64,000 bases of DNA from a virus. The notes under the pieces were generated by a model, which saw only the letters and a program-made list of their open reading frames with translations, was not told the DNA's origin and searched no databases. Shown here piece by piece: positions 36,693 to 47,000 of the stretch. Made by a program: the position numbers and the translations under genes. The DNA is taken from positions 8,440 to 72,439 of IMG/VR virus record IMGVR_UViG_3300046007_007028; one strand, 5' to 3'. Within the stretch, counting starts at the first letter, position 1. Every line of letters begins with the position of its first letter.

Positions 36693-37688
36693 TTATTGAA
36701 CCATTCGGACATCACTGAAAGGAGAGACATAGACCTGTTTTGCATTTGGGTCCTCACTCCTTACCCCTCCATTGTCCTTATTATGAAGAGTTTTGTTGGC
36801 AAGACTCGCTTCCAAAGCCTCCCGTGCTTCTTTTGGAGCCACCCTTTTTGCCGCTTCAACCATCGGTTTTAGCGCCTCAAGGGTTTTCTTCAAAAGAAGA
36901 GCGTCGTGCATCGCCTGAACGTCGGGCACGAAACCTTTTTCACCGTCAACCTTGAAAATGGCATTGCCATTATTAAACATTTCCGTCACCTCAGCATCGC
37001 TTACAACAGGTAGCTGAAACCCCTCTAAAGGGATGTCAACTTGTGGAACCACTTTCCCGGCAAGTCCGGCGTTGAGTTCTTCCGTGAGGAAAGCTATTTG
37101 AGCCTCCACATCCGGCGCCGACTGTTCTTGCCCCTTACTTTGCAAAGCGCTCTGCTTGGCCGCTTCAATCTTAGCCTCCAAATCAGACTTCTGTTGCGAA
37201 ATTTCAGCCCTTCGGCCATCGGCCTTGAACTTAATCTCGCCCCATTCGTCTTCGGGTAACCCCAGATTTTCGGGTATATCAAAATCCGCGTCAGGGAATT
37301 GTTTAATAATTTCTTTCCTCAACAAGCTTTCGCTGTTAAGCCATGGTTTTTCAGCCTGCAACGTCTCCTTAAACAAGTCAACGTCGGACAGAGATGCGGG
37401 GTCTGTATCCAGCAAACGCCTGTTTTCAGGGTTCTCCATAATGGATACATAGTCCTCTGGAAGCTGATACACTACCTCCTTAACCGGCTCCCGGCTTTCA
37501 AGGTCGGTGACTTTCTGCTTCCACTCCTCAAGCTCCTTTGCAAGAGATTCGGGGTCAACGGTTTGCGCCCCCTCCGCTGCTGCTTCCTGCCCCACTTCGG
37601 CAGGCTTGTCAGGGTCTACAAATGCCACGTCCGAAAACGGGCTTTGATATTCCTGGCCTTTCTCGACTACTTCTTCGTTATTCTCCAT
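36693..37688 (-). CDS. Scaffolding protein (putative)
   Basis: Acidic and helical, between portal and capsid; TAGCTTTG box upstream. Confidence 0.7.
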   Translation of the reverse strand: MENNEEVVEKGQEYQSPFSDVAFVDPDKPAEVGQEAAAEGAQTVDPESLAKELEEWKQKVTDLESREPVKEVVYQLPEDYVSIMENPENRRLLDTDPASLSDVDLFKETLQAEKPWLNSESLLRKEIIKQFPDADFDIPENLGLPEDEWGEIKFKADGRRAEISQQKSDLEAKIEAAKQSALQSKGQEQSAPDVEAQIAFLTEELNAGLAGKVVPQVDIPLEGFQLPVVSDAEVTEMFNNGNAIFKVDGEKGFVPDVQAMHDALLLKKTLEALKPMVEAAKRVAPKEAREALEASLANKTLHNKDNGGVRSEDPNAKQVYVSPFSDVRMVQ

Positions 37689-39978
37689 AAATCAATGCTA
37701 ATTCTCGTTGAATCTTTGGCAAAGCTACATCAGGGGATTCTTTTTCCAAAACCTTCTCAGCCCATTTCTCCATGATGGCCCCGACGGTCTTTAGTTTCTC
37801 CAGATTCTCTTTGCCCTTTTGTGCCTGTTCATTGCTTGCCTGTTGCTGCATGGCATTGGCCTCAATGTCGGCTTGCTTGGCCTTGGCCGCCCGAATTTCG
37901 CCCCGACGTTCCTTAATTGCCAGATACGCTTGCGCCTGTTTTAAGTTGTCAATCCATTGCAGGTAAACGTAGTCTGACATGGTGATGGTCTTGGCCTGCA
38001 TGGCCGTGTCAGCAATAGCGTATAGCTTCTGCCACATTTCATCGGTAGGCAATACCTCCGCTTGCAGGTTAGGAATAAGGCGGGTGGTGATGTATTCTCC
38101 GTCAAGGTCTCCTTCCCTTTCCGGATTGCCCGAAAGCACGTCAAACGGCCTTCCTTCAACAACGCCCGAAGCCCCGTTGATAAGAATGTCGTACATGAGG
38201 TTCTCCCATAGCCTTTCAATCAGGTCCACCTTAGCCGAAACAAGTCCGGACAAAATGTTGTCGCTTCCCGCCAAAGCAAGCTGGGTAAGCCCTTTGCCCT
38301 GGTCGGCGGTGGGTGCCATGCCTGACTCGACGTTGACAATACCCAAGGTATCCCGAATCAGGTTGAGTTGCTGAAGAAGCATGGTCCAGAGCATCTGAAG
38401 GTTTGCGGCCCCTTCGTTGCCCACAATCTTAAACGCATCTCCAAAGCTGGATTGAAATAGCCCTTGCAGATTTGAGCTGTCCCCAATAATCTGTCCCTTC
38501 TGAATAGCGGTGGTAAGGAAGTCATCGGCGGATATGGGGTCGCCTCCGTCCTTGGTAATAATTTCAGCAAGAGCCTTTTGGTCAATAACAACGAGCCACG
38601 GAATAAACTCCCTTGTGTATGTTTTGATTTTCTTAAAGGTATCCTCAGCAGCGTCGATATGAGGACGGGCCACGTCGATAAAGGACTTGGTTAAGCCCTG
38701 AATCATATTGGGGGTGGTCCAAAGGAAGCTGCCATACACCTTTGCGGCGTTCACCTTTGCGGCATCCTTCTTGTTTGTTACCAGCGGTTGAGAAATCCTG
38801 TCCTTTATGCCGTAGTCAAAAATAACGTCGGTTCCGCATACATACGAGCCGCCAATAAGGTTTTGCACGTCTGCCCTGCGCACTACGTCCGGGTCGCCGT
38901 CCTTTGGCTTAAAGCCGTAGTATTGCTTGCCGTTGCGGATGTTGGTGTAGTGGGTGTCAGTGGTGTAAAACTCAAAGTCCATCAAAAGGACGTAGTTTGA
39001 AAACACCGCATTAAGACCCATGGTGGAAAGGCCAAACTGGTCAACATTCCAAAAGAAAATGGAGTTGAAAAACAGGTTGAACATCCCGCCTCTCAGGTTC
39101 TTTAGTTTCTCTTCATCCACCTGCCCCTGAGCCATATAGCGCACGTCCTCAACACTCACCATCCTAATGCGGTAAGACCACCAAATATCCCTGCCATCTT
39201 CGTAGAACGACGGGGAGTGGCCGGCATTGAGCGGATTGATGTATTCAATCTGACGGCGGTTAAGATTGCGGTTGATGTAATACCCTGACGTTCCGGCAAT
39301 TACAAGGTCGGTGTCTGAATGTCGTGTCACCACCTCCATTCCGGACTGATTAGAAATATCCGTCAAGGCCATTTCCAGATTCATTTCGGTGGTGAACTGT
39401 GGCATCATTCCAGCCTTGATTTCAAGTTCGGTGGTGTCAAGTGGCACGTCCTCTTCTGTGAATCCGAATTGCTCCAGAATCGGCTGAATCTCCGCCCCTT
39501 GTTGGGCCATGGACATAAGGTAGGCAAGACGTGCCTTGTATTCACCCCGGTCCTTTTGGGAGAGGCTATCCACCATCGTGATGGACGGCTTTAGCTTGAC
39601 CCTTTGCAATTTGCCCACAAGGGTTCTTACCACCTGCGGGAGTAGCTGCATATTGGTCTGGTCCGAGCCGGGGATGGTTTGTTGGTCGTTGCCCGTCATC
39701 GTGTCGATGGGGGCAATGGAAGACCGGTAGGCTTGGTTTCCCAATGCGTACTGGTAGTTGACGGCGAGTCGGTTGTTTTGCACCCCGCCTACGTTCGTGT
39801 ATTGGGCAAGGTGTCGGGCCTGAAATTGTCTGGCAATAGCAAGTCCGAAAGAGGAGTCAATCTTTTTCTCCAAAGGGGCAGTCAGGTCCACTTCGGCCAT
39901 GAAGTCCCCTCCGCCTACGCTGTTGGTTGACGGCCTTGGTGGATTAACTTCTGAAAATTCCCGGTTTGGTGTTGACAT
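37678..39978 (-). CDS. Portal protein (crAss-like size)
   Basis: 766 aa, NYQYALGNQ, QLNLIRDTLGI..V..G, Q/A-rich C-terminal barrel. Confidence 0.8.
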   Translation of the reverse strand: MSTPNREFSEVNPPRPSTNSVGGGDFMAEVDLTAPLEKKIDSSFGLAIARQFQARHLAQYTNVGGVQNNRLAVNYQYALGNQAYRSSIAPIDTMTGNDQQTIPGSDQTNMQLLPQVVRTLVGKLQRVKLKPSITMVDSLSQKDRGEYKARLAYLMSMAQQGAEIQPILEQFGFTEEDVPLDTTELEIKAGMMPQFTTEMNLEMALTDISNQSGMEVVTRHSDTDLVIAGTSGYYINRNLNRRQIEYINPLNAGHSPSFYEDGRDIWWSYRIRMVSVEDVRYMAQGQVDEEKLKNLRGGMFNLFFNSIFFWNVDQFGLSTMGLNAVFSNYVLLMDFEFYTTDTHYTNIRNGKQYYGFKPKDGDPDVVRRADVQNLIGGSYVCGTDVIFDYGIKDRISQPLVTNKKDAAKVNAAKVYGSFLWTTPNMIQGLTKSFIDVARPHIDAAEDTFKKIKTYTREFIPWLVVIDQKALAEIITKDGGDPISADDFLTTAIQKGQIIGDSSNLQGLFQSSFGDAFKIVGNEGAANLQMLWTMLLQQLNLIRDTLGIVNVESGMAPTADQGKGLTQLALAGSDNILSGLVSAKVDLIERLWENLMYDILINGASGVVEGRPFDVLSGNPEREGDLDGEYITTRLIPNLQAEVLPTDEMWQKLYAIADTAMQAKTITMSDYVYLQWIDNLKQAQAYLAIKERRGEIRAAKAKQADIEANAMQQQASNEQAQKGKENLEKLKTVGAIMEKWAEKVLEKESPDVALPKIQRELALIYGE

Positions 39979-39981
39979 GGA

Positions 39982-40812
39982 TTATCTGAAAGTATCTCCG
40001 GTGTATCGTTTTCTTGCGAGAATGTTATTATAGGCATCTGACTGATAGGTCCCATAACCACTTCCATATCCAGAAAGAATAGAAGGGCTCCCCCCTTGAG
40101 GCTGGACGTTATAGAATTGATAGGAAGGCGTCATTCCCTCTAATGTTTGCGTTCTTTCAGTATCAAGCCTATCTGGAAGTTGATTTATCAGAGAATCGGG
40201 AATATCATCTAAGGTTCTTCCTCCTAAGTCAGAATCGGTATTATATCCCTTTTTTGCCAAAGCGTTTGTTTTGTTTTTTAGGCTATTTTCAGAAAGTCCC
40301 TGCATCCCATACCCCAATGCTCCGATGCCGCTGGTAAAGGCGTTGTAGTAGTTCTGCATTCCAGCACCCCTTAGCGCCCCAATAGCCTCCTCCTGTTCCT
40401 GACGGGCTTGTTCATCCATCCTTGCCTTACCCATCAAGCCCGTGTTGTAGGTGCCCAAACGCCTTTCCTGAGCCTCTTGTCCGGCGGCGTACAACCGACG
40501 CTTCTGAGCCCCCTTCTGCTGGTTTAGGCGGGAAAGGATGTTGTATAGGTTAGACGGGCTTACACCCGCTCTTTTGGCTTCCCCAAGGGTTGTGGCAGCG
40601 TCTTGATTGATTTCGTCAATGGCTTGGCCGTACCCCGCTACCTGAGCGTTGTTGGCTTGGTTTTGCTGATTAGCCAGCATTTGCTTGTAAGCAAGCGGGA
40701 CAATGTCGGCAGGACCACCTTTGGCAAGCTCTTTTGCCTGTTTGTTCTGCTGGTATCCCCGATACGCTTGGTATCCGGTTTGGGCAAGTGCTAATGCGGT
40801 AATCGGGTCCAT
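39982..40812 (-). CDS. Internal virion/pilot-like protein
   Basis: MDPITALALA start; A/Q/G-rich helical. Confidence 0.65.
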   Translation of the reverse strand: MDPITALALAQTGYQAYRGYQQNKQAKELAKGGPADIVPLAYKQMLANQQNQANNAQVAGYGQAIDEINQDAATTLGEAKRAGVSPSNLYNILSRLNQQKGAQKRRLYAAGQEAQERRLGTYNTGLMGKARMDEQARQEQEEAIGALRGAGMQNYYNAFTSGIGALGYGMQGLSENSLKNKTNALAKKGYNTDSDLGGRTLDDIPDSLINQLPDRLDTERTQTLEGMTPSYQFYNVQPQGGSPSILSGYGSGYGTYQSDAYNNILARKRYTGDTFR

Positions 40813-40819
40813 ATTATTA

Positions 40820-43800
40820 TCATTGAACGGGTGAACGGGTTGCTTTAACTTCGATATAGTTCAACTTGACGAAATTACTTGTACTCCAGACAAAAGTAGA
40901 TATAAGTAATCGACTTTCCATAATTCTGCCATTCATTACTTCTGCATCGTCGTCTACGCTTGTTTTTATAGCCGCTTCGTAACTCCATTTGCGGGGTATC
41001 CACCAGCCCGGCAAGATATAGCTTGAAAGAACGTCGTCGTCTGTACCCTCTGGGGCTTCGGAAGAAAGTTCGGTCTCTATCGGGCTCGGTCCAAATATGA
41101 CAATCTGATTCCACCGCTTTACCACGGTAGGCTCTACGTTGGTGATTATCGTTAATTCGGGATTTTTAACCTCATCAAAAAACCTATTTGGTTGTGCGCT
41201 TAATCCGGAGCCCATCTGCCAAACACGCCCTTGGAGAAAGAAAAACGTCCGGGTCGCAAGGGTGGCACCCCGCTCCGGCCTGATGCTTGGCTCGCCCTGA
41301 GCGTAGTCCCGTGCCGGCTGAAAGGTTTTGAACCGCTCCGAAAATACATACCCGCTTGAATTGTTCCCCACCAAAATGGCCTCGTCGGTCACTTGGTCGT
41401 AGGTGACAAATACGCTGTCTGAATTGGATAGCTGGTTGCGCAAAAAGTTCATGAACTGATACGTCTCTCCAAGCTGCTCAAGGCCCGCATTGGTGTAGCG
41501 AATCCAGTCCCGGATGCCTTCGCTCCAGTAGTACACCGTACCCAAGGGTGTGGCGCAAATGTTCCGTAGCTTTTCTGCCCCGTAATTACCCACCAATGGG
41601 CGCTGGGAAGCAAGGTACTTGTCCGACGTGGATACGTTGGCAGACCCGTCCACGTTGGTAAGCTGAATACCGTCGTAGTAGAAGCTGGAAACCCCGTTCT
41701 TTCCGATGGCAAGCAACACCCCTGGTTCCCGCTGCGTGGCGCTCGTTCGCACCAGTGCAGTGATGGGGCCGTTTTCCAATGGGGCTTGTCGCAGGTCCAA
41801 AGAATTGAACTTGGATAGCCCGTTGATTTGCGTGCCTTGGATAAGGGCGGAAGAGAAAGCAATGCCGTTTTCAACCCTGACCTGCTCCTGCCTTTCATTC
41901 ACCACGCTTTCCTGACCCTGTTGCGGGTTCCAGTCTTGAGAGTAAATGTCGGTTGGGTTCATTGCAACATACACCCCAAATGTCAGGTTTCCCCTAAACG
42001 GGAAAGAAGCGTTGGGGTCGGTTATGTACGAGATGTAGTCTGTTGTGTTTTGAGGCTGGAAGTTGTCAATGTATGGGGTGAACCATGGATTGAAAATCTT
42101 CTTAAATCTTGTCAGGTAGGCATCCCCATACAAAGTTCCCGTTGCTGATATTGCCCCGCCTGTGATGTCGGTAAATACGTTTTCGTTCTGATAGTAAATT
42201 TCAGAAGCCGTTGTTGTCTTTGTTGTAACCTCGATGCCAAAGTACATCGGGTCCTGATTGAGCGAACTTGCCAGCCCGTAGTTGACCGAAAACGGGAAGT
42301 CGGGCTCGTCAAGAATATCCCCCTGAAGTTTGATATACAAGGCATTGTTGACCTGTTTGTCCACCTTGTATTCCCGGCCCTCCCCGTAGTTTGCAAAGTC
42401 AAACGGGGCCAGCACCGTACCAAGTTCATAGGCATAGCTGCCAATAATGGTAACATAGGTTTCGTCGCCCTTGACAAAGTTTATGGGGCTTTCTGTGGGA
42501 AGAAAAATGGCATACCCCTTGTGAAAAAAGTCAAGGGCTTCGGTGAACGGGCCGCCCGTGTCGGATTGCCGGTAGACCTCCCCCAAGTAGAACCGGGACA
42601 AGTAGTCCTGCCCGTTTTCACCTTGATACCAGTACAGAAGTATAGTGGTCATCCTGTGAAACCTAACTACCCTTACCGCCGTGCTTTCCACCACCCGATA
42701 ATATTTCACCCACGAAGGAACCGTGCCGGTAAGCTCCCAGTCAATCCAATAACTATTGTCCTCCCAGTCCCGGTTTTCATTCTCAGGAACGTCGTTTCCT
42801 TCAGATTGGACGGCAAAGTTTTCATAGGTCGGAATAGTGACGGGGACCTGATTGACAACGCCAATGCGCCGGCCCCACTCGTCAAGCAACTCCACCCCAA
42901 CATTGTAGGTCCCTCCGGGCTTGTGTATCTTATTGACCACCTGCGCATTGATGTTTGCGTCGTAAGTGGCCGCCACCGCTGTTGCCGTAAGGGTCAGGGT
43001 GTCCACCGTTGGGTAGTCGATAAGGTAGTTGGACAGGGTTATCCGGTTTTGAGCAATTTCGTTGGACGTTGCCAGAAGCGGGACCGCATCAAAAGGCCGG
43101 TCGACAATATCGGAAGATACCGCAACCTTTGGGATAGTAAGCAGGTCGTCAACGACTATGGAGTAGCTGTTCACATCCACGTTGTCAACCGACTTAATAA
43201 CATACCAAACCCCGTCGTTGCCCTGCCGGTAGAGATACACTATTTGCTTAACAAGATTGAGGTTAAGCAGGTATGCGTTGTATTCGTCCTCTGGAATAGA
43301 GATTTGAATTTGCTTGGTGTAATAGCACTCGGTAGAAAACGGGGCTATGGTAGACTCTTCGTCGTTGTCGTAAATGTAGTAGTAGCTGAACTGAAAGGGG
43401 ATGCCGGTAAAGGTGGTGATGCCGGAATCGGAAAAGTCATTGCTTATGTCTGTTTTGCTCCAGATGTCAACGGTGAGATAGCCTATGCCGTTAAAGAATT
43501 TGGCGGCAAGCGGGAGTCCAGGCTGCCGCTTTATCTGCGTTATCATCCACTCCTCAAGCGGACTTGGATAATCCCCGGCGATACCCTTGGCGATGTTGAC
43601 CATGCGGGGTTGGTTGATGTTGTCGGTCCAATACAGCTTGCCATCAATAATGGCCATGGAAACGTCCGAGTCCTCCTCGAAAGCAAGAATAGACCCCTCG
43701 ATTACAAGGTCAATGCTTTCGCCTTGTATGCGGTAAATGCCGTGGTCGTCGTTTGAGTTCCATAAGGCAAAGAATACGCTCTGACTCTCGAAATCTTCAC

Positions 43801-44005
43801 GAACACCGATGACAAGGTTATCGCCGGCGGGCAACGGATGGGCTATGGGATATTCAATTTCTAACATCCCATTCACCAAGGTCGTAGCCAAATTGGTGTC
43901 CCCCACGGAAGCACCTAAGCGCAGGTTACGCCCTGCCCGTGCCGCGTTAGGCGGAAGGAGGCGGTTATCGAGATCCGGGAGTATGCGATCAATTCTGTGG
44001 ACCAT
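40820..44005 (-). CDS. Tail muzzle/stabilisation protein
   Basis: A.N.R N-terminus, LYWTD...PR..NI, QFSY.Y.YDN.E.S, beta-propeller-like; about 1060 aa. Confidence 0.75.
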   Translation of the reverse strand: MVHRIDRILPDLDNRLLPPNAARAGRNLRLGASVGDTNLATTLVNGMLEIEYPIAHPLPAGDNLVIGVREDFESQSVFFALWNSNDDHGIYRIQGESIDLVIEGSILAFEEDSDVSMAIIDGKLYWTDNINQPRMVNIAKGIAGDYPSPLEEWMITQIKRQPGLPLAAKFFNGIGYLTVDIWSKTDISNDFSDSGITTFTGIPFQFSYYYIYDNDEESTIAPFSTECYYTKQIQISIPEDEYNAYLLNLNLVKQIVYLYRQGNDGVWYVIKSVDNVDVNSYSIVVDDLLTIPKVAVSSDIVDRPFDAVPLLATSNEIAQNRITLSNYLIDYPTVDTLTLTATAVAATYDANINAQVVNKIHKPGGTYNVGVELLDEWGRRIGVVNQVPVTIPTYENFAVQSEGNDVPENENRDWEDNSYWIDWELTGTVPSWVKYYRVVESTAVRVVRFHRMTTILLYWYQGENGQDYLSRFYLGEVYRQSDTGGPFTEALDFFHKGYAIFLPTESPINFVKGDETYVTIIGSYAYELGTVLAPFDFANYGEGREYKVDKQVNNALYIKLQGDILDEPDFPFSVNYGLASSLNQDPMYFGIEVTTKTTTASEIYYQNENVFTDITGGAISATGTLYGDAYLTRFKKIFNPWFTPYIDNFQPQNTTDYISYITDPNASFPFRGNLTFGVYVAMNPTDIYSQDWNPQQGQESVVNERQEQVRVENGIAFSSALIQGTQINGLSKFNSLDLRQAPLENGPITALVRTSATQREPGVLLAIGKNGVSSFYYDGIQLTNVDGSANVSTSDKYLASQRPLVGNYGAEKLRNICATPLGTVYYWSEGIRDWIRYTNAGLEQLGETYQFMNFLRNQLSNSDSVFVTYDQVTDEAILVGNNSSGYVFSERFKTFQPARDYAQGEPSIRPERGATLATRTFFFLQGRVWQMGSGLSAQPNRFFDEVKNPELTIITNVEPTVVKRWNQIVIFGPSPIETELSSEAPEGTDDDVLSSYILPGWWIPRKWSYEAAIKTSVDDDAEVMNGRIMESRLLISTFVWSTSNFVKLNYIEVKATRSPVQ

Positions 44006-47000
44006 AAAGCATTTTTCTTTCATACGTCCGCATCCAGCGCGGGCGCATACGTTCAACATCTTCCTTGTCGTACAGCCCCGTGCTTTTCAAGAACTCCATG
44101 GCTTTGAGGGCCTGCTGGTATTCGGCCTTGTAGGTCTGCATAATGCTTTCGGTAAGTTCCCGGTTGTTATACAGTTGCCTGATTCTATCAAGCTGCTTTT
44201 TACTGTACTCGCTCTGAGCGGCCCGCATCTGTCCGGTTTTGTATATGGTAAAGAACTCATCCAAGTAGGACTGTTCAAGCCCAATCTTCTCTGTAAGCGT
44301 CCCCTCCGACAAGGCTTTCTTTGCGACCTCTTTCAAGACCTTGCGCTTCTCAAAGCCCGTCTCGTAGGTGCCTTTTAGCGTTTCAACGGCGTCCACGAAG
44401 GTCTTGACATCGCCGGTCTGAATGGCAGCGTCTATCACTTCGTTTGCCCGCTTGCGGCTTTCTTCTTCGGGCTTTAGCAGGGCGCGGGCCTGCTGGATTT
44501 TAGCCTTACCCTCTCGCTCCTTGTCTGTAATATTCTTTCTCTTTGCGCTTAGGTATTTATCCAAAGAAGGGGTTATTGGATTGCGAATTGCCATAGAGGC
44601 AAGAATATTCAGCATTTGTAGCGCTAAAAGCCTGTCCTTTTCTTCCGGGTCTTTACCCTGCAATAACTCATTGGACACCTTAGCTGTTGAATATGTGCCC
44701 CGTAGCAATGTCGCTCCAGTTGAACCAATTGCCGGCACAAGTCGTAGCCAATCTGTCCCCGTGCTTTTGTCTGTAACCGGATTCGTATAAAGCCCCTCAT
44801 TTGCATATTGGGCCAACTTCTCAACATTCTCTTTTTGCTCAGAATCTTTTAAAGCTGTTTTTGCAATTCCAAGGGACACGGCAATTAAAGCCCTAAAAAT
44901 AGGCCCATACCTTCCTGTTAGTAACGACAAATTATTCCCAACAAACATACTCCCCAAGTCGTCTGTCCATGTGGACAAAACCTTTTTCGCCTCTTCATCC
45001 CAAGGCTCATCATCGTCGTCCGAAATTTCCTTAAATGCTTGGGCAAGCATACTCATACCCACCATATAAACGGCGTTCGATATTTGAACAGATGCAATTC
45101 TTTGAGCAGCCTTTACGCGCCCCTCATTTGTCCCCAATGCAAGGTCTTTAAATGCTTGTGCGGTCTTAGTAGCCTCATGAATTGTGTAAGACTGAAGAAA
45201 CCCAAACATTTTTGCAACCCACTTCTTCTTTGATAATAAAGACTTAGTCCCCTCTGTAAAAGGTACTAATTTGGTATGGCTACTCTGAGCAAACGCAGAC
45301 GAGGGAACAAACTCTTTACTTAATTCGAGTTGCGAATCCTGTTTGGCAGACAAAATTGCTTTGGCATTGTCGTCTCTGTATGTATTGTCAGGGTCTAAGA
45401 AAGCGTCAATATCAAAGTCTTTCCCGGTTTGCTTTTTGAAGGCTTTTTCAAACAAAGTTATCGCGGATACTTTCATCGGCCCAGCATCTCCAAGCCCAAT
45501 CAATCTGTCGGAAAACTTGCTTAAAGCATCCTTGGAGGATGTAATACTTTCCTGCCCAAGAATGCCTGAAAAGTCCGAAACCGAAGTGAATAATTGCTCT
45601 AAAAGATGGTCGTACTTTTGGTCTTTATCAATAAGAATCTCAGTTGCTCTTGTGTATGCAGCCGGGTTCTCAATTGCAAGTCTGGAAAGGTTTGATACAA
45701 AATCTGCCAAGAATCTAACCGTGCTAAGTTTTAGGGTTCTGTTAGCCCTAAGAATAGCATCCACCGTTCTTGATACTTGGTCCGACCCTTCTTGTTGAAG
45801 GTCGAGCGTCGTAATTAGCCCTTGCTTTATGGCTTCTTCCATAGCCACAAGAAAACGCTGTTGATCGCTGTTTTTCTGACTTCTTGTTGCAAGCCGCGAC
45901 ATTGCTCCGATAGTCGTGCGGACCGGATCTGTAAGATAGTAGTCCCGGAATGTGTCTCTGATATGCGACAATATCATGTTGTCCAAATTGTAGGAAACGT
46001 AGTATCTGTCGCCAGTTCGTTTGTTTGTTGCCGCCTGCTTTAATCGGATTGCAGCAGGCGTTTTGCCGCCCAAAATATCCTCAATAAACTGAGCATTAGA
46101 AGCATCCTCTACTTCGGATTTTTGACGTACCATCCGATTAGCATATTCCTGCCGAAGCTGAAATATGTCGCCTCTTTTTTCGGTGTTTATACGAACGTAA
46201 TCTTCTGATTTTGAATAAATCTCGCGAACCGCATCAAGTATCTGCTTTTCTTTTTTCGATAAAGAAGCGACATAGGCTTTGATGTCGACATTGCCATTTC
46301 CGTCTTTTGGCATAGACTTCCACGCCCTCTTTATTCTGGCTTTCTCTTTGTCATCAACACGGGCAAAAGAGTCAAGATTCTCGGTAATGTACCGATAGTA
46401 GTCTTTCTCTTCGGTTGGCAAATCTTTGTGGTCAATTGTTTCTCCCTTAATAATAGAAGGGTTGGCTTCATAATCCATTTGAATCAAAGCCAATGCTACC
46501 CTATCTTTTTGAATTTCATCTGCCCCGGATACGGCTTTGTAGTAATTCGAGGAAAGCACTTTGGCTTGATGAAGCGCCTTGTCAACCGCGTCAATAATTG
46601 GCGAAAGAATCTTTTTCCAAATTGGCTTTTTCTTTCCAACGCCAAAAAAGTCATCCCAATAATCTTTATTTTTCAAAAGCAATTGAGCGGTCATTTTGTC
46701 TACACTCTTCCACATTGGGCCGCCAAATTTACCTACCAGTTGGTGTAACTGGCTGCGCTTCTCTGTATCGGCCTTGGCTTGCACTACGTCTTTAGAAGCT
46801 TCAGCAATGCTTCGGGCTTTTTCAATTAACCCCGCTTGCTTGATAAGGTCGTAAGTAGTGGTATTCAAAAATCCGTTTGACAGCCCAATGATGGCTTTTT
46901 GATAAGCATCCAGTTGTCCCGGCGTAAAATCCTGTAAAATAGAAATCGGGATGCGCATCAAGGCATTCCCTGTTTCTTTCTGCAAATCGGTAAGGCCGTC

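Noticed and set aside
42521-43756. 411-aa plus-strand ORF (also 5840-6787 and similar)
   Set aside because: Antisense to well-supported genes, with V/L-biased shadow composition
45405-45419. DFDID peptide in the 1538-aa cargo protein, like the catalytic motif of crAss-like virion RNA polymerases
   Set aside because: Context (FKKQTGKDFDIDAFL) is helical and no double-psi barrel motifs are evident; probably coincidental, though HHpred should confirm
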